From positions 309,224 through 373,223 of the forward strand of contig ML996694.1 in NCBI GenBank assembly GCA_010356995.1: a stretch of 64,000 nt of DNA. The letters are read 5' to 3'. Below, one piece after another: positions 1-12,802 of this stretch. Source of the stretch: Trichodelitschia bisporula. Lineage: Eukaryota. Position 1 is the first letter of the stretch, and each line of letters begins with the position of its first letter. The translations under genes and the position numbers were made by a program. Under the pieces are notes generated by a model. It was not told the origin of the DNA. It saw nothing but the letters and a program-made list of their open reading frames with translations, and did not search any database.

Positions 1-515
1 CGTTACCGCAGGCCCAGATGGAGCCGCCACCGGCACCTTGGCCGAACAGCGCAATATGGTGCAGCCACGCGTTGGAGTCGATGTTGGCTTCCGTCTTATC
101 GGGGTACCGGATCGTGGCCTGCATGGCCGTCACGAAGCACCCAGCCTTCGGGCAAGGGCCCTTAGCGAGCTTGACCGTCGACAGCATGCGAGAGCTGCTG
201 ACGCTGAAGGTGCCGTAGGCGATGGCCGAGCGGGTGGCGCCATCCTTGGGCCTGGTTGCTGTGTTAGCTGATGCTCCCCCCCAAAAAAACTCCGTACGGG
301 AACACTCACTGGGTGGTCTCGAAGCGCGGCAGAATACGCACACCGTTGGCATTCGAGTTAGTGGTGGGCTTCTCGGCGTCGATGGCCTCGGCGGCCTCAG
401 CGGCGGCGTTGTAGGTGTACTCCTCGACAACCTCACCGACAGCCTGCTCGGCGACCGGGACGGCGTGGGCAGGCAGAGCCGCAAGGAGCGCAGAAAAGAG
501 CGGAACGAACTTCAT
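1..515 (-). CDS. Secreted hypothetical protein (WLHH...GN motif), 3' end runs off the window; intron 252-309
   Basis: ATG at 515 with signal peptide MKFVPLFSALLAALPAHA. Intron GTGAGT..GCTAAC..CAG. Spliced frame stays open to base 1: ...QPKDGATRSAIAYGTF...GPCPKAGCFVTAMQATIRYPDKTEANIDSNAWLHHIALFGQGAGGGSIWACGN. Confidence 0.8.
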
Positions 516-3500
516 GGTGTGCTCGCGGCTACTGTATTGTCGAATGAATGTGAGGGTGGTGGTGAAGAGCAAATCCAGGTACGGCGGGCGCGTCCTCAAG
601 TACTTAACGGCCTGAGAGTGGGCGGGGAAGGGCCTACCGAGATTGATAGCACGATGTCGGCCGTCTCGTGGATCATCTTCGCTAGATTGCAACCGGAGCG
701 AGGGCGTGCTAACAAGATTCGAAGCGCTCGATATTGCTCCCCGTGAGGGTGATGATGGCTGCTTCTAGCGAGAAGTGTATAGTAAACTTCATTTACCCGT
801 TGCACCTCGGGGCCACGGGGGGTCGAAAAAGCCCCGCCCAATGGCAGCATCAGCGCCTCGGAGCTTTGGGATATAGATTGCGAAACGTGACCTAAACGAA
901 ACGTTAGCCAATGAACAGGCGATCAAAATTTAAAGTATGGAGGATAATGCTTGCGCGATGCGGTGGGCCTCAGCGTCCCCTATAGTCTCGTGGTCTGGTC
1001 TATAGCGTCCGGCACACGATAAGAATCGCTTTGGAATACGGCGGGGAGATGCTTGATGCGTCGAGCCCGTCGCCAAGGGCCGATTTGGATATTGACAGAA
1101 GAATCTTTCGGGTTGCCGGTTTGGGAACTGTCCGCAAAGCAGATAGAATAGTGTAGAAGGACGAAGAGATCGGACGCCATCGATGCAATATGCTGGGCTA
1201 TTCACAAAGTAGCCATCCGCATAGCCGCCGTTAGTAGAGTGTTGGCAAGGACATGCGAGTGTCGTTGCCCCGACAATGTCACCGCTTGTCATCTTAGAAC
1301 CGTCATTTGACCCACCTGCGGAGCTATCCCAGAATCAATCGATCGTATTCTGCATGCCCTTGCGACCCCAGGATTTGCGAATCTTCCTGGGGCGCAGATC
1401 TGAACACGCAGAGTTACATGGGGAGGTCGGAATGACGAAGGATGCCGTAGGACAGCCAAGTGGCAAATCCGCCTGGGCAGTCGATAAGAGATTCTTCTAG
1501 ATCTTGTCGAATAGTCGAGTTCGCGGCCTCGATGCTGATCTTCACTCGTTGTCGCCCCTTCTGCAGGTACAGATCTCACATCGGCGTCGTGCAGCGGCTG
1601 CAACTGTGGCAATCGCTAGTGACTGATGCGGATCTTCGCTTTTGCTCCGTTCCGAATAGGTCAAATCGAGCGCCAAGAATCATGAGGGGCAAACTGTCTG
1701 GGGGACAATTAGCCCACCGCGTGGGTCTGGGGTGCAGCAAAGCCGTCACCGCGTCACCTCCTTGATTGAGGAATCAAAGCGCCACTCACATGGGCCCTAG
1801 GGCGTCTCAGGCTTGGGGCTCGGCAGGCGTGAAGCTTAGAGAGAGGCGGAAGCTTATCGTTCTGCTACCAGTAGCGAGCCGCAAAGCGTGGCGCCAAGGT
1901 ACTCCACGCGGGGCTCGGCTACAGTTGTGTCTTGGGATAATTAAGAGATCCAAGAACCCGCTGTCTAAGCGCCATCGGGAAGGAGAGTGGAGGGAGAAAT
2001 TCCGCCAATTTCTGCTGACGACTGGAACGAACTAAGGTAAGTAGGAGGGGGCGGTGTTCTAGCATCGCGCGCGCCGACTGGATTCTCCTCAAGCACACTC
2101 CGATCTGCCCAATCTTTTGCGATGTGCGGGGATACCGTCGGCCGCCGGACGGCAATCCGCCCCAAAAGCAGGACAAGTTCCAAGTCGGCTGAATGCCGGT
2201 CATATGAACGGTGTGGGGATAAGCATGGACGACCGATCGCAGATCCGGAACGTAATCGTCATGCCGAATTGACGCCTAATGCGGAGGCGTGGGGAGATTC
2301 TGAATCGGCATCGCGCTGGACGCTCGTCATGCCTCAGAAGCCCTGATCTTCGCCTCACACCTTCCAAATCCTGACCCTTTCCCCTTCTGGCTCTACAATA
2401 AGCTAGTGGGACCACAAGACTGAAACAACGTCATGGTAGCCTTGGATGCGTGTTAGCCGGGAATCTTAACTCACAACAAGCTCCGGCAGCATTGCTTTTC
2501 CAGCCCACTAACGGCTTCGAGACAGCCGGAGTGCACACGTCGTGTTCGCGAAGTACTCATGTGAGTCTTCAAGAATTGACAAATGAAGTGTCTACCCGAG
2601 CGCGCTCCGACCAAGACGAAGAAACGCAGGGGGGAGGTCACGATTATTACGATCGGAGTGCCATTACAGCGGTCTTCAACTTCATCTGCATGCATCGTCA
2701 AGATCGTGATGAGGTTTCGGACAGCGCCAGTATGGAATTCGCAAAGCCCTTTCAATCCCTTCGCTCTTCCGGCAGGTGATAGGTGCTGAAATATTAACCC
2801 CACTTCGTAGTCGAGGGCATCGGGTCGCTTCCGCCATATCGCCATCACTTATGAAAGTTTCGGCTATAGTTTCACCTCTTCAGTAGACGTAAGCAGTGGA
2901 TTTCAGTATTGAGAATCGAATGGGGGAGACGACACATTGCTTGACGTAGACAAGCGCTGAAGCCTAGGATATAACCGTGAGATGCGGCCAAAATGTACTT
3001 TTAGCACCCATTTGACGTCGAGCTGGCCGTATCTTCACTTCTAAACGTGAGAAAGAGCACTCTTTGAAAGGCCATCATTTAAGTCTGAGGGCAGTTCTAA
3101 ACCATGAAGTGGGACGAAATAGAGATGCATTGAAGTCCCGTGAATCGTGCCAGAAAGCCGCGGGAAGCGTTCGGATCATTGATTCTCCGGGAGCATGCAC
3201 CGCCAAACAGCGTGGCGAATGCGCACTCGAACTATACGCGTACTTGGACAACCATAGTGGGCATCTCGAGTTCGCCCGAGCTGACTTTCCGCAGGCCTAG
3301 AAAGGATGTTGAGGGCGAGTTATGCAAAAGCTTATCAAGGCAAGAAGAACGCGAGGGACTTATTGTAAGAAGCATGGAATAGAGGCATGAAACGGAGTTG
3401 GCTGCAAGGCCTGGCTGCTCCAGTGGGCTCTCATAAGGGAGGAACTCTTGCTCGAAGGCTTCAACCTTGACATTGAAGGTTTGCGTACAACCGTCCTCCA

Positions 3501-3556
3501 TCATCGGTCGTACACGATGCAACAACCGATTTGTAAACCGATTCGGTATTCCCAAT

Positions 3557-4336
3557 TCAGTCGCTCTCCTCCCCGTTCCCCTCGTCCCCGTCCTCATCAT
3601 CTTCCTCCTCAGTGTCCTCCTCCTCATCGCTATCCTCCTCCTCCTCATCAACGCTCAGCCGATACATCCTATCCCCCCACACCTTCATCCTAATCGCAGT
3701 CCACCAGTTGACCCAGTTAGTCAACCACATTCTCCAAATCGTCTTCCTCCACACCTCCCTCGCCCACCACTCCACCATCCCCCCCCTCTCCCCATCAAGC
3801 CGCTCCCCATTAAAAGCATATCTCATCCCCCTCCGCGCCTTCCTCCTCCTCTCCACCATCGCCACCCGCAGCGCATCTTCCCGCATAATCTGCGCATCCA
3901 TGCGGTCCCTCAAACCGATAGCCGCAGGCAGAAACGCAACTCTCGCCTCCCTCCTCTTACTCATGATACCCAGCATCAGCTGCAACCCCTCCGTATACAG
4001 CCCATGCCCGCCCCGGTTCCACTCAACTCCACTCGCGACCTCAGGGTGCGACCCCGGACCCAGACCCCCCGTGATCACGCCTTCGACGGCAGCGGCGGTG
4101 CGCGCGCCGAGCATCGCCTCGAAGGGGTATTCGGAAAGTGCGGGGAGGATGAGCATTATGTCTGTGGGCGGCGGGAGGGCGTTTTGGTCGTTGAGTTCAG
4201 GGGGGTTGGGTGTGTTTTCGTCGATTTGGTGCGGAGGGGGCTGGCTGGGGGGAGGAGGGGGTGCGCCGGGAGGGAGTGGGATGATCATGAGGATGTCTAC
4301 CTCGCCTGTGACGGTCCGCTGGACTGTGCAGTCCAT
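3557..4336 (-). CDS. Hypothetical protein (259 aa), Pro-rich N-terminus, acidic C-terminal tail
   Basis: Intronless ATG-to-stop ORF with a TATATA element ~95 bp upstream (4431-4436). No recognisable domain. Confidence 0.5.
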   Translation of the reverse strand: MDCTVQRTVTGEVDILMIIPLPPGAPPPPPSQPPPHQIDENTPNPPELNDQNALPPPTDIMLILPALSEYPFEAMLGARTAAAVEGVITGGLGPGSHPEVASGVEWNRGGHGLYTEGLQLMLGIMSKRREARVAFLPAAIGLRDRMDAQIMREDALRVAMVERRRKARRGMRYAFNGERLDGERGGMVEWWAREVWRKTIWRMWLTNWVNWWTAIRMKVWGDRMYRLSVDEEEEDSDEEEDTEEEDDEDGDEGNGEESD

Positions 4337-4448
4337 GGTTGAAGTTGTTGTGTTGTGTTGGTTTGTGGTGGTTGTTTTGTGGAAGTGTTGTGTGGGCGCT
4401 CATGTCGAATGCGCGAAAACGGAGGCCAAATATATAGTGGGCTAGCTG

Positions 4449-4534
4449 TGAATGCCGAGAGTTTGAATGATGCCGAGATGTGAATGATGTCGAGAAATGA
4501 ATGATAAGAAGTGGTGTGGTTGAGGATGCCGAGA
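4449..4534. repeat. Short degenerate tandem repeat (TGAATGATGCCGAGA-like, ~17-nt period, 4-5 copies)
   Basis: tgaatgccgaga / tgaatgatgccgaga / tgaatgatgtcgaga / tgaatgataaga / ggatgccgaga read directly. Confidence 0.7.
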
Positions 4535-5652
4535 AGTGAGAGTTGCAGTCGGAATGGAAAAGATCTGGCGAGGTTTGTTATAATGGCCGATTCACGAGTG
4601 CGAGAGTGACGGTTCGTTGCCTATGGTAACCAACTTCACTTTTCCAAGACGATGATACCGCCACGACTGCTCCTTGGCCCCACAGCCATCAGCTTTACAG
4701 GAACTCGCCCCGTCTCCGAAGTCTCTCCGCTTCCCCACAGCACTCGGGCCTCAATCGCTCCTTCCCCATATCCCATCACCAAGACCAATTCCATAAGCCA
4801 GATCCTAGCGCACCAGAACAAGATCCCAGCACAACACTCGCTTCATCCACCCTGACCCGCGACCCTTCTCCTTGACACAAATCACCACAATCACGCCGGA
4901 TTCCTCAAACGGGGCGGCGCTTTACCGTACCGCTCATGTGCAGCTGTGCCCCTCTCTCCTACAGCACATGCCATTTCAACTGCGAATTTCGGTGTATCAA
5001 GGTGAAAATGTCCTGCACTACTTGACCTTCTAGCCCACTCCGGCGTCGTCGTCCCCACACGCCACGCCCGCGGCCCGTGCCGAGCTGCGCCGCCCTGGAA
5101 CGCCATGCCATTGGCTCCCAGGTCCGACTACCCGATCGCGCCGCTTGGGTATGGGATCGGGGTTCCAGATCAACGACAAATTTCGAAGGTCGCGTTTCGC
5201 ATCACGCATGTTATGAGGTTATCCCATTCGCCAAAGGAGAGCAGAGAAATGGAGGTGCCTCTTTCACGCAGGGACGCTAACTTTACAACACACATCTTAT
5301 CAAGATAGAGGAGAGAACCGTTCCCATTCGACTAAACGCACTACCGAAAGCACCGCACAAAGCTTCCCTCTGCCTCGCATGTAATGCCGCTACGACACAT
5401 AGCAACAAAGCAGGAGCAGAACAACCGTCCACGGGATTGCCGCAATGCATACCGCCTTGGGGGTTTCGCCATCAACACAACGCAAAGAAAAGGAAAAGGA
5501 GTGAGGATTTTCCACCCAAAACACGAATGCTCAAGCCTCATGAGATCGTCCACCATGAATACCGAAAGAACGGCAAAACTCCAAACGCCATTGCTGCACA
5601 CATCAACAGTACACCATCCGCGGAAAGCGCGCGCCCTGTCCGGTCACCTCGC

Positions 5653-7963
5653 TCACTTTCCAAATCCAATCTTCCCAAGGCCCTTGCTCGGCTTCTCGAT
5701 ATTCGCCGTTTCAAGTTTGCGTCCCGAAGAAGGCGTCGGCAGCATGTTGCTCAGGCGCAGGTTGCCGTGCTTGAGTTTCGAGTGCTTGCGTAGCTTCTTG
5801 CGCGCCACCATGACGGGTACCGAGCTCTTGGTCACGAGATAATTGGAAAACGACCCAAGCAGCACGCCCTTGAGAGCTGAGCGGCCGCGGGAGCCGAGGA
5901 TCACGAGCGTCGGTTCGAGATAGTCGATCTGCAGGCATCATTGTTAGTGAGGAGACCAGAACATCGGAAAAAGCACCACTCACCACTTCCGTAATCATGT
6001 GCTTCGGGCTCTTGCAATGGAACACTTCCACTACAATCCGCACTTGCAATTTCGTCCGCTTTAACAGCTTGACGCAGCGGTCGCTGATCTCTTGAGTAGC
6101 AAAGTAGCGCTCCCGCTCGGATTTATCCATATTCTTAGTATCGGTGACAACGCTCGTAGTCGACGCCGCTGCGCCCGGATTCTCCATGACACCCTCGCCG
6201 CTGTTACGCGCCGACCACGCATCTGCCGCGCTCGCAGCACTGATAGTAGGCGCCGTACCGACCGTCGTGGCCGTAGCCACAGTCGGCGCCTCGCTACCGG
6301 CAGTGCTCGCAGCGGAACTCGCCACACCTTGAATTCCTGGCACTGTCAGTCCTTGCTCATTGCTCAACGTACGAACCACGGCCGCAGCGTCGCGCATCAC
6401 ACTGGCGCCATCTCCGATAGCGATGCTGCCACCTGCGCCGTCTGTACCCATACCCGACTCTTCATCAACCGCATACACCGCAAGAAGCGTGTCACCATCT
6501 CTCAACACCGTGCCAATCGTCCACTCCAAAGCGTACGCTGCCTCTTCGCTCAGATCCGTCGCGACAAGATACATGCGCTGGCGCCGCAGGCCCCGCTCCG
6601 CCTCGAGCTGGTACTTGCGGTAGTCGCCGCGGATGACCTGGCGGATGCACCGATGCGCGCCAGGAGAGCTGTGAATTGGGCTGAGAGTAAGGGCGAGACG
6701 TGCCGCTGACTCAATATCGGAGCGCTTGTCCTCGTCGTCCGAGTCCATTGGTGTCGATATGCCGCTCTCACCGCCAGCATCAAACGACGTGTGAGGATGG
6801 ATCGAACCATGGCGCGAGTTGCGCATCGAGTTAAGACTCGTAGGAGACAGGCGCTCTCCGCTCGGGTCCGTGACTGTGACCGTGGGGTCTGGATCCAGCA
6901 GCGACCGCACCTTGTAGCTGGACGACACCGACTTGCGTTCCTCCTCCGCCGCTGCGAGGAGCGATTTCGGAGTCTTTCCTTCCATCGAAGTTGCGGTGTC
7001 GGAATCCTTGCGCGTGCGCCCGCGTCCGCGGCGCCAGTCGTCGTCGGTCAAGGATTCGTCGTCTTCGTCTTCAGAGCTTTCCAGGGCGTCTTCGTCGTGG
7101 AAGTCTGTGGTCAAGCGTTCGCTGCCGTCCGGTGCCAGCTCTGTGCCACGCGAGGGGTTGGCACCCTTCTTTGTCGGCAGGTCGGCCAGACGGCCACCCG
7201 ATTTAAGCAGGGCCGCATCGGACAGACGACGGTACGCACTGGCCATGTCGATTACCTGCCCAGTGCCTGAGACGTAGACGCCGGGACTCGTTTTGAGATT
7301 AACCGAGTTCGTATTGAGCCTGCTTGCAGCCGTCGCCGGGGACGCGGACCGACCCAAGCCTGCCGGAGAGCCGGACTTGTTCTGGGATAAAGACCGGCGG
7401 CTCCACGCGGAGTTGGTGCGCCCGATCGGCTCACCAAAGATGCTACCCATGGCGCTCTTGCCAGGCTTCTTCCACCCCTCGCCCTGGGTGACACGCTTCG
7501 GGAGGGCGTTGCGTTCGTTTGATGGCAGCATCTCGAACTGGTAGGCCTCCTCGGGGTTGAGCTTCGAGCCAGGACGAGCCGGCGGCGGCGAAGCTGAGGC
7601 GCGGAGGCCCGTGTGGCTAGGCCCCATGTGGCTAGGCGTAGGAGGCGGCGATGTAGTATGAAGCATGCTGCGTGGAGGCGGTGGCGGCGAAGTGGGGTCG
7701 AGCATACTGCGCACAGGCTGGGTCACACCTGCAGCGGCGGTGCCGGCGATTGAGGCATGGCGAGCAGTAGCAGACGGGGGAGGTCCGATGTCGAGCATGC
7801 TGCGGACCGGCGACTGAGCCATGCCGGCGGGGCTGGCAGCTCGACCGGCTCCAATCCTCTGCTGTAGAGAGGAGCTCGACGGAGGAGTGCGGCCTTCGAG
7901 CAGGGCCATGACGTCGCGCATCTCCTCGTCGAGCGCCGCCTCCAGCGACATGTTTTTAGACAT
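5653..7963 (-). CDS. Universal stress protein (Usp) domain protein; intron 5929-5983
   Basis: Usp motifs YLVATDLSEEAAYALEWTIGTVLRDGDTL and, after splicing, IDYLEPTLVILGSRGRSALKGVLLGSFSNYLVTKSSVPVMVARK. Long Ser/Pro-rich N-terminus. ATG at 7963. Confidence 0.9.
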
Positions 7964-9329
7964 TGTGGGAGAATGGTTTGCGTGAACAAAATGTTGTCGA
8001 AGAAACGGTAGCTTGTATGGCGGATGGGCCGCAGCTGTGGGGAAAGCTGATGCTGCAGGTAAGGTGTTCTGGGGTTGGGGAATCGATTTGCTGGGGGAAA
8101 GCAAGGTGTCAGAGCTCCAGGTGAATGGTAAGAGGTGGCCTGGGTGTTTGATTTGGCGGAGTTATGGGGTCTTGTGGGGTTGCGTGGAGAAAGGCAAAAC
8201 TTGGCGGGGTGGAACGAGGCGAGCTGCTGGCTAAGAGCCGATGCTAGTAGGTTGTAGCTAAGTAAGCCTTCCCATCCATGGACTTTTAGCTTGTGATTCT
8301 GTAGGCACTATTCTCGCTGTTTTACCGACTGCATGTGGTGGCAATTAGACTCCATTGTTCGGGTACAAGATCAATGGATGGATGATGGAGGACAGTACCA
8401 GTGAATTGCAGTTGCGTGTTAGCCCTCGTCTTGGAAGACGATGTCACCGGTAACAAGCGTGCGCAACATGGAGAAGCTGAGACGGAGGCGGGGAAAGTGT
8501 GGGCGTTGAGGTGTTCGGTGCGCGAGATCAACACAACAGACGAGAGAGCTGAAAGTAATCGAGCTGAGCTGAAGCTTTTGGGGGTGGAAGTCGAAATAGC
8601 CTAAAGGACAGCAACAATCGACGAGATGGTGAAGTGGAAGGGGTGGATGGAGAGGTGGTTGCGGTGTTGAGAAGGGGGATGTGCTGAAGAGGGAGGTGGT
8701 GAGGGGAAGAGCTGATTTCAAACAAGACGTCAGGCAGCTCTTTGGAGGTGGGACGGAGGCGAGAGAAGAACGGGGAAGGAAGAGATGAGAGAGGTCGATG
8801 ATGAGAGAGAGAGCTGCACCTTCACGGGCCGTGAGGGGTCAAGACTTCCTTGCAATTGGCTTAGCGTGCAGGAAGTCGGGGAAGACCAAAAGCAAGACCA
8901 AATGCTCAGTCATGCCTCATCCCAACTGCAACTAAGAGAGAGTCTACAGCAGTTGTTCGTCATTATCATCAACTTCCTCTACCTAATCTTACATCCGTAA
9001 GGACCCATGGTGCCATTTGATTCCTCGACCACTGACAAGAACTAGTGTATCACGAATACCGTACTAATACTTCTCTTCCCCGCCTCGTGACAAACTAGAT
9101 GGAACCATTCTCATCTCGCCGTCTCGGCATTTCTCCGCAGCTGCGTGGCAACCGCAAACCCAAACCGCCGGTGCCAACTAAACTTACGGTACTTACTGCC
9201 GGTACGGATGTACAGTACACTATTCTCCCGGGAAGCCATCTTTGCCGCTAACCTTATGCGAGTAATTCAGTTCAGCTTCCCTACGCTATCATCGTGGTAT
9301 CAAGCTCCCAACAGCCAAGCTGCTCTTGC

Positions 9330-12300
9330 TCACGCACCTCCCAGCGCCGCGCAATACGCAAGATACCATGTCCGCGACGCCCCGCCATCCAGCCACCCGG
9401 CATCGAACCCAGGCTGATCAAAGAAAGAAAATGCCGCCTTCGCATCAACAGCTGCAAGATTGGCATATAGAATTCCCCTCCATCCGCCTTCGACGCAGTC
9501 CGCTCTGCGATTGCTGAAATATGCCTCCCATTCTTCGCGTACTGTAGGTCACGACACCCGTCAGCCATCTACCCCCGCATGAGGCATTTGAGCCAAAAAC
9601 ACTCACCAAAAGTGGCACTCCTTATCATAGCCGAAGGTGTGCTCAGAGGAATCATGTGGATACCTTGGATGTATTCGGGGTTCATGCCGAAGTACGTCGC
9701 GTGGTCGACCTTGTTCTCGAACAGGATGCCCGTCACCTTGTTACCGACAATCTGGCGCGGCTGCACCGTGTTCGAGTCCTCCATGAGAAAGTACGTCGGG
9801 AAGGTGCGTGCCTGCACTGCGAGCATCAGGTTGCCCCGCGCCTCCATGTTGCGGTCGCCGCTGATCGCTCCCCACATCTTGAGAGCGTAGGAGGCGAAGA
9901 CGTCCTCGCTCGTACTCTCCTGGTCCTTGCCGTCGGCACTCTCAAAGATGCCTTTTGCCTGCCCTTGTCAGCTGGGACACCAGAGCCTGATAGAGCAAGT
10001 CGCTTACCCAACTATGTCCGTGGAACCAGTCGAAGGAACGAGAGAATGGAAACTGGGCATCGGCGACTGGATTCGCAAAGTCGCGTACCAACATATTGAC
10101 CCAGTTGCGGTTCCGCGCGTCCTGGAGCCATTGCGGGTCGAAATGGCCGATGACAGCTGCCGTGTATACGCTGCTTGCGTTAGATTTGCTCGACCCTTCT
10201 TTACTCTACAACTCACAAGTAACCGTAGTGCTAACCTCAACAGTCAGTTACTCTTCCCTTCAGATGATGCGCCTGCTCACAAAATGATGGTCATTATACC
10301 TAACAAAATTAGCAAGGATATCGGAGAAGCAGCAACTCCATACCATGTATTTCCAAAATCCGTGCCACAGTCTCCACCACATCCAGCACTGGACACCACG
10401 CCCTTCCATGTTGTATCGCTGTCTCGTCAGCAACCAATTCCTTCAGCTGGACCTACTCACTAAACCAACGGATGCGGCTGCTTATTCTCCACAAACACCG
10501 CAAAAGCCCTCTTTAACTTCTCCAGCACCTTAGCCGCTAGCCCCATCTCTCCGGCCATTTCACCGACCGCATACGCCATCATAGCAACTACGCCCATTAG
10601 CCCAGCCCACACCATATTCCTACCTCAATCATCACTTACACTTCCCCAGCCCCTTCCCACTGAAATACATACTATCAAGGCAGCACTGCGGGTGCACCTC
10701 CTGCTCCACCTCGCTCCTCGCCGCCCGGATAACCGCCTCTCTCCCCGCCCCCGCCAGCCTCAAAACCCCCGCCGGCCCAAACCCCATACTCACAGGCAAG
10801 CCCTCTTCCATCCCCCACCGATCCCCAACCACCCCCGTCGCAACCCCCTTCGTCGTAGTCTGCAGCTTTAAGCTCGTCACGCCCCGCGCCGCCGCCCCAT
10901 CAAACGACGCCACGTGATGCGGTAAAGCGAACATGAGAAGTGGCCGGTCTAGCCCGCCCTTGGTCCAGGAGAAGGAATACGTCCCCTGAGCACCGTTGGC
11001 AGTGCCGCTGACGATCCGCGAGGTGGCATATGCGCCTGCGCTGCTGTCGTATGCGTCTTCGGGGCAGCTGGCGGGGAGCTTGGCGACTTGGATGGTGCCG
11101 GTGAAGCTGGCGGGTCCACGGATTGTGGTGTTGCTATCTTTGTGCAAGGGGATGGGCCCTGGGTGTGAGGGGTGCGTGATGTACAGAAGCCATGTTTTGC
11201 CTTTTTGGGTTAGTAAATTGGACACTGGGGATAGAGGGCCGTTGCATACCGTCCTCGAGTATCAAGCGGTATTTACTCGTTGTGCCCCCGTTTATGGTGC
11301 CTGCGGGTTGCATGTCGCGAAAGAAGACGGAGGACTGGATCAGCGGCGTGCACTCGCTGTACAGCGCTGTTACGAAACCCATCCCTTGGACCTGCGCAGT
11401 GTTAGCCCGCTCCCCCCTCCTCTCTATCTCAGTCTCACTAGCGGCATCCTCATCACCGCCCTCTTCCCCTCCCCCGGCGCAAAACAAACATCCACACTCC
11501 CCGCCTCCAACCCCTCCAACCCCATCACCGTCTCAGGTCCCAATTCCGCCCCCGAAAGGCACACACTCTGAATCCCAATCGGATTAATATAATACTGACT
11601 CTCGCCCTTCCCGCCCTGCCCCGGCGGCCCATACGCCCTGACCTCCGGCTCGGTGTGTGCAACCGCCATGCCCCATGAGCTTGCGTTCCCGGACCCCTTG
11701 GCCCAGGAGAGAGAGTAGGGATGGGTCCATGCGGAGCATGATTGGGATCCGAGATGCAAATTCGTATAAAACGCGTTGGTGGGGATGGGGACTGGGTGGG
11801 AGAGGTGGGAGGGNNNNNNNNNNNNNNNNNNNNNNNNNNNNNNNNNNNNNNNNNNNNNNNNNNNNNNNNNNNNNNNNNNNNNNNNNNNNNNNNNNNNNGG
11901 TTAGTACGGGGGGAGGAGAAGGAGGGTTTGTTGCCTGGGAGGGGTGGCTTGTTGCCTGGGAGGGGTGGAGGTGGGGTGGGTTTGTTGCCTGGGAGTGGTG
12001 GCGGGGAGGAGGGGGATGGATGCTGGTTGTCCGGGTACTGTTGCGCGGGATACTGTTGTGGAGGATACTGCTGCGGGCGATATTGGTTCGCGGGATATTG
12101 GCTCGGGGGATACTGGTTCGGGGGATACTGGTTCGCAGGATATTGTTGCGGAGGATAGTGCGGCGGAGGATACTGTTGCGGGGGATACTGTTGCGGGGGA
12201 TACTGTTGCGGGGGATGCTGTTGATACTGTTGCGCGGGATACTGTTGATACTGCTGTGCGGGATACTGTTGATACTGTTGTGCCGGGTACTGTTGATACT

Positions 12301-12382
12301 GTTGCGCAGGCTGAGGCGGAGGAGGCTGTTGATGCCCAGCGGGCTGGTCGGGGTGGAGAAGGGAGTGAAGAACCTTGCGCAT
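9330..12382 (-). CDS. GH81 endo-1,3-beta-glucanase (Acf2/Eng2-like, no signal peptide), multi-exon, spans an assembly gap
   Basis: IPTNAFY..WTHPYSL, LLMFALPHH, MYFSGKGL, catalytic DGKDQESTSED, KVTGILFENKVDHATYFG..EYIQGIHMIP, and terminal GGWRGILYANLA..LDGGASRTWYLAY. Stop at 9330. Confidence 0.92.
11814..11898. other. Assembly gap (85 N)
   Basis: Run of N inside the GH81 gene. The reading frame across it cannot be verified. Confidence 1.
11921..12310 (-). repeat. Coding tandem repeats in the GH81 N-terminus: (QQYQ)QYPAQ / QYPPQ / QYPPN units and 3x PPLPGNKP
   Basis: Repeated gatactgttgcg / gatactggttcg (15- and 24-nt units) and gttgcctggga x3 in the DNA. Confidence 0.9.
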
Positions 12383-12802
12383 GATTGCTGCTGTCCAGGG
12401 GATGCTGCGCGGGCTGCTAAGGTTAAAGTTGGCGGACGAAGGAGCTGCGGTCCAAGATATCGTGAGCACTTAGCCGCGAGGAGCAACGTCGGTCCACCCT
12501 GTCTCGCTCGGCTACGAGTATTCGTCAATTGGGTTATCCGCTAAGGATACCAAGAGTGCGGGTTAATCGGAGGTGGGAGATCGCCTACTACGTAGGGTAA
12601 GGTTGAAGCTCAGGCGGGTTTGGCCTCGGGACGTGCCATGGTTTTGATGGATGCGACAGGGGATGACGTCGTGTGATGTGGGGGAGAAATTGGCCAATGG
12701 CGAGGCAGCAGCTTCATTTATCATGCGCGAGGCTGCACACATTCTATTCTACCTCATCCGCCCAGATAATCCCCACTGCTCCAGCGACATACCATACAAC
12801 CC

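Noticed and set aside
900..3500. Many short ORFs (e.g. 2471-2848, 3232-3651)
   Set aside because: I could not build a recognisable motif or coherent splice model. A degraded gene cannot be excluded.
7958..8355. Possible 5'UTR intron (acceptor at 8091) and out-of-frame uORF overlapping the Usp ATG
   Set aside because: The acceptor looks good, but the only donor found (GTAAAA, ~8325) is weak. Unsupported without RNA data.
11814..11898. Apparent frameshift in GH81
   Set aside because: It coincides with an N gap of estimated length, so it is likely an artefact.
11921..12310. Repeat arrays as CRISPR-like elements
   Set aside because: They are in-frame coding repeats without unique spacers, in a eukaryotic gene.
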